DNA from: an uncultured Methanosarcinales archaeon
GTDB taxonomy: Archaea > Nanobdellota > Nanobdellia > Woesearchaeales > CAIVOO01
Direction: 5' to 3'
Assembly (NCBI GenBank): GCA_964485195.1
Contig: CAZAIK010000001.1
Span: forward strand, 184,573-204,572
DNA: 20,000 nucleotides
Shown: in pieces, positions 1 through 9,746 of the stretch
Position numbering within the stretch: position 1 is the first letter of the stretch
Layout of the letters: the number at the start of each line of letters is the position of its first letter
Program-made: the position numbers and the translations under genes
Notes under the pieces: generated by a model
The model's input: the letters and a program-made list of their open reading frames with translations, nothing else
The model's database searches: none
Told to the model about the DNA's origin: nothing

Positions 1-3000
1 TGTCCTGCTGGGTTATTTTCAGTGTTTCACCCTCAAGGTTGAATGTCTGTCCGTCCTGGTCTGTTATGCTGATGTCTGCAATCACGTTGTGCTTTTCGTT
101 CAGCACCATAGCTGAAAAGTTAATGCCTGCGTCGCGCCTCATATACTCATTTGCTATGGTGAAGTTCTGCACTATGGGGGCTTCTGTGTCCCGCACGAAG
201 TAGAATATGTCAGGAGAGCCCTTTGAGACAAATGTTTCGTCTGCAAAGACTTTAATGGGCATTATTTTGAGGTGATAGTCGCCGTCCTCAAATGATGGAA
301 TCTGCATGGTGCACCTGAAATTGTCAAAGCTTCCCGTCCTGGCGCACTCAACAGTCCCGTTTCCCACAGGAACGTCCAGCTCTGCCCTGCCTATCTCCAC
401 TATGGAAGTGGTGAATTCTTCTTCCTCCACATAGCTTGCCCCCACTATGGGTATTCCGTTGACGAAATGATACTTGGTGTCGTTGGCTATGAAAACATCG
501 TTCAGTATGGTGAAAGTAGGAATCCTCGGAAGCTTTGAGTCAACTGTCAAGTTCCAAGCGTGATTGACAAAGTTGTTTGCCTTGTCGCCCGCCTTCATCT
601 TTATCAGGTAATTGCCGTCCTGGTCTGCCTCAAAATTGTAGGAGATGCTATAAGAAGCTGTAACTCCTGCATTTTCATCAAATTCAAAGGATTTTGTGGT
701 TATGTTTATCTTGTCATTTTTTACGCGCGCCCCGTTGATGGTGAGGTTTATGTTGTCCTTTCTCAGGCCAGAGCCCTTTTCCAGCACAGTCATTGTTATC
801 CTGTCTATCTTCTTCAGCCTGCCCTGACTGACTTCAGGCTCTAATCCTGTGATGTTAGGAGGGACTGCGTCCACAATTACGTCCAGCTTGTTGGTGGGAA
901 CTCCCAGGTTGCCTAGTTCATCATACTGTATTAGCTGGGCTGTGTGCATTTCATACCTTGCGTTTGGGTTTATGGGTATGGACATGTTAAACCTGTCCGG
1001 CTTGATGTGCATATTGCTGAATATCATTTGCTCTCCCTGCCCCACCTCTTCTTCAAGCGGTATGTCAAGGGTTATTACTGTTCCCTGGCCTTCCACAAAC
1101 TGCACATCATTTACATTGTATGCCTCCTTGTAATGGCCGTATTCCTTCCTGTGATGGCCTCCGAATCTGACATAAGTTTCTCCGAGCGTGTTGATCCTTG
1201 TAACCTCATCTCCTGGTATTAATACCTGGCTTTCCCCTTTCCTTGCCCTGGCTCCTGCTTCCAGGTTGGTTATTTCTGCGTATTGCTCTAGCGAAAGCTG
1301 CTGGTATTCAGCTACAAGAGAATCATCTGCAAACAGTTGCAGCTTAACCCCTGGTTCAGATGTGTGGCCTGTGAGGTAAGCCCTGCCTTCCCTTGCGCCC
1401 ACATAATACCTGTCCTCTTTCTCGTCGTAATGAAGGGGATATCCTAAAATGTCGTAGTTTTCCCCTAAACTGTTCTGCTCGTTGGTGATGGGCGGGTCAA
1501 ATGCTGGGGGCTTCAAAGGACCTACCTGGTCTATTATCACAAACACGTTGTCTTCTCCCATATTGCCTGCTGCGTCTCTTGCCCTCACAGACAATAATCC
1601 TTGATTGTTAAGAAAGAGCAGTGCTGAAACATTAACGTCGGCCCTGAAGCTTCCGTCACTCTGTATTTGCGTCTTTTGCGCCTGCTCCACCCCATTGATT
1701 GCGAAAGACACCTCTCCGCTAAGTGCTGAGGTTGAGGAATTGTCAATTATTACCAAGTTGGAGAAGGAATCATTTCTGGTTAAGTTCATATACCCCTCCT
1801 GTGCAATTCTTTCAAAAGTGCCGTAGGTTAATCCGTTTATTATAATCTCTGCACTTGCTCCCTGCGCATTGATGGTCACATTTACAGGGGGCCCTGCAGT
1901 GAAGGATTCTGTGCCCAAGACCTGTCCTGCCTGACCATACCTTATCAGGTCATCATCAAAGTCAATCTGCACAAAGTCGTAGAAGTTTTCAGAGCTGTAG
2001 TCAAAGATTATTTCTGCAAAGTCCTGAGCATTCACCTCTGCATCAAGCAGGAAGTCCCTGAAATAAACAGGGAGGAATCCTCCGCGGTCAGCCCAGTAAG
2101 CAGGGTTCTGCACAATACCTTCAACTGAGATTGTTTCGCCGGGAACTCTGCAAGCTGGCACCCCTCCTGGATTTGTGCACTTGCCTGACAAGCCCGTGAT
2201 GGTAATTCTTGGGGAGGACACATCCACCTTTATCTGCTCGCATTCTGTATCTCCTGCATTACCTCCCCTGTCCATTCCGTTAAAGCACAATGTTTGCGTC
2301 TGGTTAATGGAAAGCTGGACCTCTGTTCCATTAACCTCTCCCTCCGAGGATTCTGCAATGACGGGCTGGGGAGTGCATTGTGACTGCAATGCCGTGCAGT
2401 AATTTAACACTTCACAGCCGAACTCGCCTATTGGATAATTAGGCACTGGGTCTATGGCGGGCGTGGGAGGGTCAACGCACTTCAGCAGTATGCTGGCCTG
2501 GTTTTTCCACCTGGAAAGGTTATACTCCTTCTCTACAATTCTTTCCCCTGCCTCAAATATCTTTATTTCAGGCGCAAGATTGTCAACAGTGAACCTTATC
2601 CCTGCAACCTCGCTGCTTGTGAGATTCCCTGTCTCCACAAGCCTGCACCTCACAAGATACATCTTTGCAATCGCGTCTTCCACTATTGAAACTGGCGAGG
2701 AGTGGAGTTTGCCGTTGGTCTGCTCAAAGGTAACCATTTCGTCAAAGCTTATGCCCTGCAGTGTGGTGAATGCAAACTTGCCGTTTGCGTCCAGAGGCAC
2801 GTCCATATATCTGCAGGCGGCGTCTGCCCTTGTCCTTATTGAAATTTCAGAAACATCCTCTTTCTTGACAGTGGTGTTTGGCTGACCGTCATAAATCATG
2901 TCCTCTGTGTCCACCACTATCAGCTGTTCCTCTGAAATTTTGTTTCCAACCCAGTCTGTGCAGTTGTACTGGTATGTGTAAACTCCTGAAAGCACGTCAA

Positions 3001-6000
3001 AGGAGTCTGAGAATGATTTCCCTATCCTTCCCTGGACTCCTGCCTCTCCTGCGACAATGCTTCCTGAATCATCATAAATGTTCGCAGTGCAGTTCAGGTA
3101 TTCTGTTGAGTTTATTGTTGTTCTTAGCAAGGCATTGGCCTTTTCATAATAGTAGGAGAATGTTACAGGAGGGGGTACAAAGTCTATGTATATGTTGAAT
3201 GATTTCACGACTTCAAGGTTGTCTGCATCATCCCTTGAATAGAAGAACACTGTATAGTTCTTATCACTGGCAGGCAAGCCTGCCCAGGAGATAAACCCGT
3301 TTTGGGCGGACAGGTTGGGCCTTGTATATGCCATAGGACGGCCTTCAATCACCTCTGCTATCTGGAAGAAGGTTTCTGCATTGGGACTTATGAAGCTCCT
3401 GTCCTGGTCATCCCATACTGTGACAGGAAAGTTTATTGAATTGGCAGCAGTGGAGTGAATGACTGAAGTGAATGGGGGGCTCATGTCTGACTGGTTCCTG
3501 TCCGGCCTGTAATTGTTGTCAGCGTCCTTAAAGCACCTGTCCCTGTAATTGTAGGAAAGCTCAGGGCTTGTGCCGAACCTGCAAAGACCGAACTCCAGCA
3601 GGTCATCGCTTTCCTGAAGAATCTCATTATTGCCTGACTGGCTTACTGCCACAGATACATTCTGCGTTGGGGCGCACTGCTCGCTGTTCTTTCCGTAGCT
3701 GGCGCAGCTTCTGAACTCCTTGGCTGCGCACTCCCTGTTTGAAAAATAGCAGTAATGATCAGGTACCTCATCATCATCAGGATTCCCCCCGTAAAGGTCG
3801 CAGATTTCCTCGTCGCAGGTTCCAAACAGGTTGTTGAACTTATCCGGCTGGTTGCACCTGCTGCAGTCCCAGTAGGCAGGGTTTTTGGGCATGCAAACTC
3901 CAAGGCTTAGGTCTCCTGAATAAGGCCTCCACGCGCATTCCTCCTCCCCGCCAAAGCCGCAGGTGTTGGCCTGGCAGGTCTCCTGTGAAAGATAACCGTA
4001 ACAGCTGTTTATATTGCTGCACTCATAATACCTGCTCACCACGGTATTTGCATAATCCTTATAGCAGTATGCATATCGTTGAAGGTCAGAGATTATTGGT
4101 ATGTCCGCGCACATTACCCTTTCAGCCTGGCCACCTTCAAGCAGCAGCCTTAAAGTTCCCATTATTGAGAACATTCCAAGAGGAGTGTTGCATTCCACAG
4201 AGCAGTTTATCCTGCTCACATATCTTGTGCTGGTCCCGTGCTGCTTGCAATACTCATTAAGGTTTGCGGGCTCTATTTCAACTATTGAATTTGTTTCGTC
4301 GCATTCTGAGCGAACATTGTTATGGCAGAATTCATCAGTCTGCAGGTTGAAGCACTGCTCGGCCCCTGTGTAAACCGATGCCGGCTCAGAAGCCTTTTCC
4401 TGCACAAAAGGATTGTTGAAATATGAGTGTATCTCATAGGTGTAAAATGCTTCAGGCCTGACATTTTCATCAACAAACACATTTGTGTCAGGGTCTCTCA
4501 AGTTGGTAATGGGCTTTGTGTTCTCGCAATCCTCACCTTCGCACCTGTAAACATAGTAACCCACACTGGGGCATCTGTTTTCAAATTCAAGAACAGTTTT
4601 GTTCCCGTCCATTCCCAAAGTTAATATTACGGGAGGGGCTATGTCAGTGAAGCATTCTTCTGTGAACATTGTAATGTTTTGCTCAAAATCATTGGTGAGA
4701 GCGGGAATCAGCCTAGTTTCCTTTTTATACCCTGTTTTTGTTGCGCTGAGGGTGTGCGTTACCAGTATGGGAACATCGCTGATTACATAATTCCCGTTTG
4801 AGCCTGTCCTGGAAAAATGGGTGCTTTCCAGCCCCTGAATATACATAAAAACATCCTCTATGGGAATTCCTTCGCTGTCCTCCACCTTTCCGTAAATGCT
4901 GACACCTTCTATTTTTTCAAGCACAAATGTTTCTGTGGTGTCCAGTGAGAAGGATTTTGTCCTTTCCTCAGAGGAATACCCCTGCTTGGAAACCCTGATT
5001 ATGTACGTCACGTCTTTGTTCTTCTCTACTGTCACAGTGCCGTCACTTCCTGTTGTGTATTCCTCTCCTGTGGCAATCCCGAACTGCCTTATGAAAACAA
5101 CCGCGTTTTGCAATGGCGCTCCATCCTGGTCTGTCACGTTGACAGTAAGGTTAAATTTTTCTTCTGTTGCTATCTGCACCGTGAAATCATAGGTTGTTGT
5201 TTCATTCTCAATTACATTTACTGTTGCTTCTGTGGCGAGATAAGGTGAGGGAGGGCTTATTGTAACGTCCAAATCTCCGATGGGAATGTCTTCAATTTCA
5301 TAGAAACCATCGGGGCCTGTCGTGGCTGTTTTTCCTGCCACGCTTATTATTGTATCAGGCACGGGACTGCCTGTTGCATTAGTCACTGTTCCGTTGATGG
5401 AGCCAGTCCTTAGGATGGGGAGGGTGATTGTAACAAGTACGTCCTGGGTTAATGGGAAAAATGTTGAATTTGAGGCGTCGCCAAGCACTGCATTAACAAG
5501 GTAATACCTTTGGATGCTGCTTGGATGCAGTGTTGGCAAATTTCCCATATCTGCAATGCCGTTTTCATTGGTGGTTTGGGAAGTTGTGTCTGCAGTTACA
5601 GTTGCGCCTGACAAGGCATTTCCGTCCACGTCCAGGACCTGCGCCTGAAGATTGGCTGTTGGCAGGGGGTCCAGCTGAAGATTTGCGCCTGTTACGTCAG
5701 AATTTACATCAACAGTTGTGAGGCCTTCATAATAACTCTCGTGCCAGCCTCTCAAGGTGTAGCTGCCCTGAATCAGGCCGCTGGAGGAATAATCCCCATT
5801 GGAATCTGTTGAATAGGCAGAGCCCCCTATCATCACCTGAACATTTGGGATGGGAGTGTCTGTTGAGCTGTCAGTTATGGTTCCTGAAACTGAATAAAGG
5901 TCAGGCAGTTGCGCTGGAGGAGGGAAAGTCTCATTGTTGCACTCTGCAGAGGTTATTGAAGTGTTGAAAACCAAGAGCTGCTCTCCTGCACTTTCACTTT

Positions 6001-6409
6001 CATTCACGGCCTGGTAAAGAGGTAAAAATCTGGGAGTGTCTGCTATCCCGTCAGAAGATGTTGAGTCAGAATAGTAAGCGCAGCCTTCCTCGCACCTGCT
6101 GTACCCAGAGCAGGATTTCGTGACAAAGGATTCGTCAGGGCATAACAGGGGGGATTCCAGTCCTGATGTGCAGCTGTCAACACAGCAGGTGGGTTCTGGA
6201 AAGCAGAATCCTGAGTCTGCGCAGGCCTGGCCTTCCAGGAATCTTGTTTCAAGGCATTCCTCATCATCCCCGCAGCAGTCTGCTGCAGAGCTGTCATCGC
6301 AGAAGTTCGCGCTTCCTGTGTTCAGGCAGCAGTTCTGGGCTATTGCGAAGGAGGGGAGAAGCAGTATTATTGCTAAAAGTGTTATGATTATCGCTCTCTT
6401 TTTTCCCAT
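1..6409 (-). CDS. Giant secreted multidomain surface protein, >2136 aa, 3' end outside the window. Signal peptide, Cys-rich N-terminus, 5 carboxypeptidase-regulatory-like repeats, FN3-like domain, Cys-rich region and many Ig-like (DxxPP-delimited) repeats.
   Basis: Manual minus-strand translation from ATG at 6409 (MGKKRAIIITLLAIILLLPSFAIAQNCCLNTG...) stays open to position 2 (...ETLKITQQD). It is missing from the ORF track, presumably because no stop lies in the window. Sec-type signal with AIA|Q cleavage. Repeats include YSVSGTITDSSTDTPIPNVQV..STDSNGDY, GSINGTVTNATGSPVP..TTGPDGFY and VSIYGKVEDSEGIPIE..RTGSNGNY. Ig-like linkers are DMSPP, DFVPP, DNLAP, DVSSP, DAVPP and DTEAP, with DAAGN/DRGGN/DELGN motifs. 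An alternative in-frame GTG lies at 6418. Confidence 0.92.
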   Translation of the reverse strand, partial: MGKKRAIIITLLAIILLLPSFAIAQNCCLNTGSANFCDDSSAADCCGDDEECLETRFLEGQACADSGFCFPEPTCCVDSCTSGLESPLLCPDESFVTKSCSGYSRCEEGCAYYSDSTSSDGIADTPRFLPLYQAVNESESAGEQLLVFNTSITSAECNNETFPPPAQLPDLYSVSGTITDSSTDTPIPNVQVMIGGSAYSTDSNGDYSSSGLIQGSYTLRGWHESYYEGLTTVDVNSDVTGANLQLDPLPTANLQAQVLDVDGNALSGATVTADTTSQTTNENGIADMGNLPTLHPSSIQRYYLVNAVLGDASNSTFFPLTQDVLVTITLPILRTGSINGTVTNATGSPVPDTIISVAGKTATTGPDGFYEIEDIPIGDLDVTISPPSPYLATEATVNVIENETTTYDFTVQIATEEKFNLTVNVTDQDGAPLQNAVVFIRQFGIATGEEYTTGSDGTVTVEKNKDVTYIIRVSKQGYSSEERTKSFSLDTTETFVLEKIEGVSIYGKVEDSEGIPIEDVFMYIQGLESTHFSRTGSNGNYVISDVPILVTHTLSATKTGYKKETRLIPALTNDFEQNITMFTEECFTDIAPPVILTLGMDGNKTVLEFENRCPSVGYYVYRCEGEDCENTKPITNLRDPDTNVFVDENVRPEAFYTYEIHSYFNNPFVQEKASEPASVYTGAEQCFNLQTDEFCHNNVRSECDETNSIVEIEPANLNEYCKQHGTSTRYVSRINCSVECNTPLGMFSIMGTLRLLLEGGQAERVMCADIPIISDLQRYAYCYKDYANTVVSRYYECSNINSCYGYLSQETCQANTCGFGGEEECAWRPYSGDLSLGVCMPKNPAYWDCSRCNQPDKFNNLFGTCDEEICDLYGGNPDDDEVPDHYCYFSNRECAAKEFRSCASYGKNSEQCAPTQNVSVAVSQSGNNEILQESDDLLEFGLCRFGTSPELSYNYRDRCFKDADNNYRPDRNQSDMSPPFTSVIHSTAANSINFPVTVWDDQDRSFISPNAETFFQIAEVIEGRPMAYTRPNLSAQNGFISWAGLPASDKNYTVFFYSRDDADNLEVVKSFNIYIDFVPPPVTFSYYYEKANALLRTTINSTEYLNCTANIYDDSGSIVAGEAGVQGRIGKSFSDSFDVLSGVYTYQYNCTDWVGNKISEEQLIVVDTEDMIYDGQPNTTVKKEDVSEISIRTRADAACRYMDVPLDANGKFAFTTLQGISFDEMVTFEQTNGKLHSSPVSIVEDAIAKMYLVRCRLVETGNLTSSEVAGIRFTVDNLAPEIKIFEAGERIVEKEYNLSRWKNQASILLKCVDPPTPAIDPVPNYPIGEFGCEVLNYCTALQSQCTPQPVIAESSEGEVNGTEVQLSINQTQTLCFNGMDRGGNAGDTECEQIKVDVSSPRITITGLSGKCTNPGGVPACRVPGETISVEGIVQNPAYWADRGGFLPVYFRDFLLDAEVNAQDFAEIIFDYSSENFYDFVQIDFDDDLIRYGQAGQVLGTESFTAGPPVNVTINAQGASAEIIINGLTYGTFERIAQEGYMNLTRNDSFSNLVIIDNSSTSALSGEVSFAINGVEQAQKTQIQSDGSFRADVNVSALLFLNNQGLLSVRARDAAGNMGEDNVFVIIDQVGPLKPPAFDPPITNEQNSLGENYDILGYPLHYDEKEDRYYVGAREGRAYLTGHTSEPGVKLQLFADDSLVAEYQQLSLEQYAEITNLEAGARARKGESQVLIPGDEVTRINTLGETYVRFGGHHRKEYGHYKEAYNVNDVQFVEGQGTVITLDIPLEEEVGQGEQMIFSNMHIKPDRFNMSIPINPNARYEMHTAQLIQYDELGNLGVPTNKLDVIVDAVPPNITGLEPEVSQGRLKKIDRITMTVLEKGSGLRKDNINLTINGARVKNDKINITTKSFEFDENAGVTASYSISYNFEADQDGNYLIKMKAGDKANNFVNHAWNLTVDSKLPRIPTFTILNDVFIANDTKYHFVNGIPIVGASYVEEEEFTTSIVEIGRAELDVPVGNGTVECARTGSFDNFRCTMQIPSFEDGDYHLKIMPIKVFADETFVSKGSPDIFYFVRDTEAPIVQNFTIANEYMRRDAGINFSAMVLNEKHNVIADISITDQDGQTFNLEGETLKITQQD

Positions 6410-6439
6410 CAGCCACACCAGTTTTTTATTGCGATTTTG

Positions 6440-6447
6440 TTTATAAA
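6440..6447 (-). promoter_or_regulatory. Putative archaeal TATA box (TTTATAAA) for the 6409 gene; a second copy lies at 6474-6481
   Basis: TTTATAAA lies 31-38 nt upstream of ATG 6409 (22-29 nt upstream of in-frame GTG 6418) in an AT-rich intergenic region. The same octamer precedes three other genes. Confidence 0.55.
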
Positions 6448-6523
6448 TTATTCCCTGACTTAATAAATCTTTATTTATAAACCTTTTGTTATCTGTATAT
6501 ATTTATTAATGGTATTAAGAAAC

Positions 6524-9500
6524 TCATTCGCCAGGGTCGTCCCCGCTGCAACCCGTGCCTGTCCATTTCCAGCCGCAAAGCTCGCAGCCGTGCTGGCTGT
6601 TGTCAGGGTCTGTGTTTTGCAAGGCGCATCCATCAAGAATTTCGTTTCCGTTGGTATCCACTTTTGTGACATTCCTGAACTTCTTCTCATCAGGACCAAG
6701 GCAGTCTTCTGATAATTCATCGTTGACAGTGGCTTCCTCAATAACACAGGCACCTGTGTCGCAGCTGGAAGTGTTGCCGGGAATGCAAACCCTTATACCC
6801 TCTTCAAGGGTGATTTCTGCTTCTGTTTCAAAGACCGCGCTGCAGCTTTTCTCCATAGTGTAATTTGCTTCAGGGTACTTCTCATAATCATGATGGAAAG
6901 AGTATTCAATAAGCACATCCTGATCATCTGTTGAGCACTTATCTGTCAGCTCTATACGTGGCCTTGATAAGCAGCTATCCCTTCCTGCAGATGGATTATC
7001 AGGATAACAATATCCTGCCTGAACAACTGTTGTCTGCTGTATTTTATAATCATCCTCTGTGCCTGTATAGTCAGGGTCTTTAGTGGGAACATAACCTTCT
7101 TCNNNNNNNNNNNNNNNNNNNNNNNNNNNNNNNNNNNNNNNNNNNNNNNNNNNNNNNNNNNNNNNNNNNNNNNNNNNNNNNNNNNNNNNNNNNNNNNNNN
7201 NNCACTGTCAAACCCTCCCTTGTTATTTTCATAAAGATATTGCTCAAAGGTGGTGCCTGTGAATGTTATGCAGGAAGTTGTGCCTGAATAAAACTGCGCT
7301 GTCACGTTTGCGCCCTGGCATCTTGCAAGCTGCTCTCCTGCTTTATTCCAGTCTGACAAGTCCTCACAGGCAGTTATGTTGGTGTATGCCATTTCTGCAT
7401 TGTCGTCGCATATTATTCCGCTGTCACCACTGCAGGTGGAGTTGAATATTCTCAAGATGATGTCATTTGTCAGATTGTATAAGTTGGGCTTTGGCTTGTT
7501 TGTGGATGAATAACTTGTGGTTACGGGCGGAATTATGCTTACAGTTTCATACTGGTTTGCCTGCTCTGTGAAGTTTATGAAGGATGCATTGTAAAAACCG
7601 TACTCTGCATACCTGTAGCACTCCCTTGAAGATTCAGCATATTTCCAGGTTTCCGGCTCGCCGTCAGGATTTCCGGCACAGCAGGTGTGGTTTCCGAAGA
7701 AAGGGTCAGGATATGAATTGTAAGGGGATTCCTGCCCCTGGTAGTCAATGTTGTGGAAGGGGAATGAGGGGTATTGTGAAGGTATTTCCGGAACAGGGTG
7801 TGCTATTTCCCTTGCCTCAGGAATGTTCTGACGGTGAGGAATGCACTTAAATGCCTCTGCCTCCTTGCTGGCAGAGCCTGTTGTTGGCGGGGAGCCTAAA
7901 GTAGTGGAGCCCCTTTCCACGAGAAGTTCAAAAGTTTTCTTCCCTATTGTGCTGAAATAACCCACATTTCCTGGAAGATACCTGTCTGGGTTGCTTCTGT
8001 GCCCATCATAATCCCTGGGAAGCACTACGGAATCGTTGGGGCCTATGTAAATGGTTTCTGATACTCCATCCTCAATTGCCTGCCATTGATAGTTTGTGCT
8101 TCCTGGATTGAAATAGTCAATAACATCTGCATCAAGGCAAAGAGGGTCTTCAACAGAGATTATGCTCCTGTTGTCTATGTCGTCATAGCACCTGGTGAAG
8201 TTTATCAGGACATTGAACACGTCGTCAACAAGAATCCTCACAATCTGGCAGTCCTTCGTTTCAGGATTGTTGTCCTGAAAGGCGCAGACAGTGACATTGT
8301 GGTAGCCAATGTCTGAATGATTTGTGGTGTAATTTGCAGACTGATTGGTCAGGGTGAAAAGCTCGGAGTTTGTCCATATGTGAGGCTCCTCATTGTATTG
8401 CACCATCACGCAGTCCTGAGGATTGTCCCTTGTGCATCCTTGAGCTTCATCAAAATATGCATCCTCTGTCTCCTTCCACCCTGAATAGCTGTAGTTAAGC
8501 TTGTCCCCGTCGGGGTCGTAGGCCTGGGGGAATATCTGTATCATCTCCCCTTCCACATTGTACAGGTCATAGTCCCTGTTAATAACTGCCTGGTATTCTG
8601 CCGGGCTGTCATATCCCGGAATGTAATCAAGCACAGGGGGCCTGTCCTTGATGGCAAAGTTGAAAACAAAGGGGCCTGCCCTCAGGAAATGGTTTTCGTC
8701 CAGGTCCCTTATGGTTATGATCATATCGTTATCATTATTCTTCGCAGTCACGACTGAAAAGCCGGGCAGGGCATACTCCTCATTCCTGGACCAGTCACTG
8801 CTGTCATTGATGTCAAAGTCCAGTTCCGCGAATTCCTGGTAAGCGAGCCAGGTTGCAAAAAGATAGACATACTTGTAGCGCACAGGGCTGAAATAGTTGA
8901 ACTTCAAGATTCTTATCACGGGCTCAAGGTCCTGTATTTTTATGTTCAGGGGGTAGTCTGCCGTGACTTCTATTCCGTTGAAGCCGAAGGTTGTTGTCAC
9001 GTTAATTTCCCCGACAGTGATGTTAAAGGTCCTGAAGGCTGTGAGGTTGCTTTCTGAAACATTCAGGATTCCTGCAGAGCAGTTTTTGGTTTTGTTGGCT
9101 ATCATTTCCTCAACATATTCCTGTATGCTGTTCAAGCCTCGGAAGCTCATACTTTCTTCTATCCTTGTTCCCTGAACTGTAACATTAAAATCTTTTGACA
9201 TTCCCCTGGTGCACGGTTCGTTAGCGTATCTGCAAAGTGCAGGAAAATTTTTTCCGCCAAGCTCGGTCTCGTTCAGGTCCAGAAAAACAGAGATATCATT
9301 AAGGTAGGCGCAATATGCAGGCTCTATCAGGTGCTGCTGCATTTCATCATTGCAGGGCCAGGCATCGGGTTCAGGATTATTCTGAGGGTAATCAATGAAA
9401 TATTTCACTTCAGTGCCGCCCAAGGTTAATGTTGTTTCTCCTAAAAGGATAGGGCCTCCTCCCTGCTTCCCGCTGATGTTAAGGGCCTGCTTTGTTGCCT

Positions 9501-9687
9501 CCTCCAGGCACAAGGTGACATAATAATCAATTGGTGTTGTTGCAAGTATGGAATCCACAATCTTGTTTGCCTGCGTCTCCAGCTGTATCTTGCTCACTTC
9601 CGTGGTTATGAAATACATAAAGCCGAAAACAGCTATTACAATTATTCCTATGATTATGAAAACAGATATCTGCCCCTTCTTCTGCAT
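6524..9687 (-). CDS. Large (~1050 aa) class III signal peptide / type IV pilin-like protein with Ig-like and Cys-rich C-terminal extension; spans an assembly gap
   Basis: Start reassigned to MQKKG|QISVFIIIGIIVIAVFGFMYFI (ATG 9687), 23 nt below a TATA box. After the 100-N gap the frame EEGYVPTKDPDYTGTEDDYKIQQTTVVQAGYCYPDNPSAGRDSCLSRPRIELTDKCSTDDQDVLIEYSF reads continuously into the 130-aa ORF 6524-6916. The track's 925-aa and 130-aa ORFs are therefore probably one gene. An Ig-like motif DRPPVLDYI..AYDPDGDKLNYSY is present. Confidence 0.85.
7103..7202. other. Scaffold gap (exactly 100 N, placeholder length)
   Basis: Run of 100 N. The reading frame differs on either side. Confidence 0.97.
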
Positions 9688-9709
9688 ATTAGTGAAAAGA
9701 AAAAGTGTA

Positions 9710-9717
9710 TTTATAAA
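9710..9717 (-). promoter_or_regulatory. Putative TATA box for a leaderless transcript of the 9687 gene
   Basis: TTTATAAA lies 23-30 nt upstream of ATG 9687, with no Shine-Dalgarno-like motif between them. Confidence 0.65.
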
Positions 9718-9746
9718 TATTAGCCCCAACAGGGGGTATATTCAGC

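Noticed and set aside
6462..6475. Palindrome AATAAA-TC-TTTATT between two TATA-like boxes
   Set aside because: A short AT-only palindrome in AT-rich DNA is expected by chance.
6524..6916. 130-aa ORF as an independent gene
   Set aside because: Its frame stays open upstream to the gap at 7102 and it has no signal peptide. It is best explained as the C-terminus of the 9687 gene.
6952..7102. Programmed frameshift or pseudogene at the end of the 925-aa ORF
   Set aside because: The frame change coincides with an arbitrary 100-N gap.
9688..9729. N-terminal extension MGLIFINTLFLFTN from the track's upstream start
   Set aside because: It overlaps the TATA box and would bury the class III leader. 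ATG 9687 fits better.
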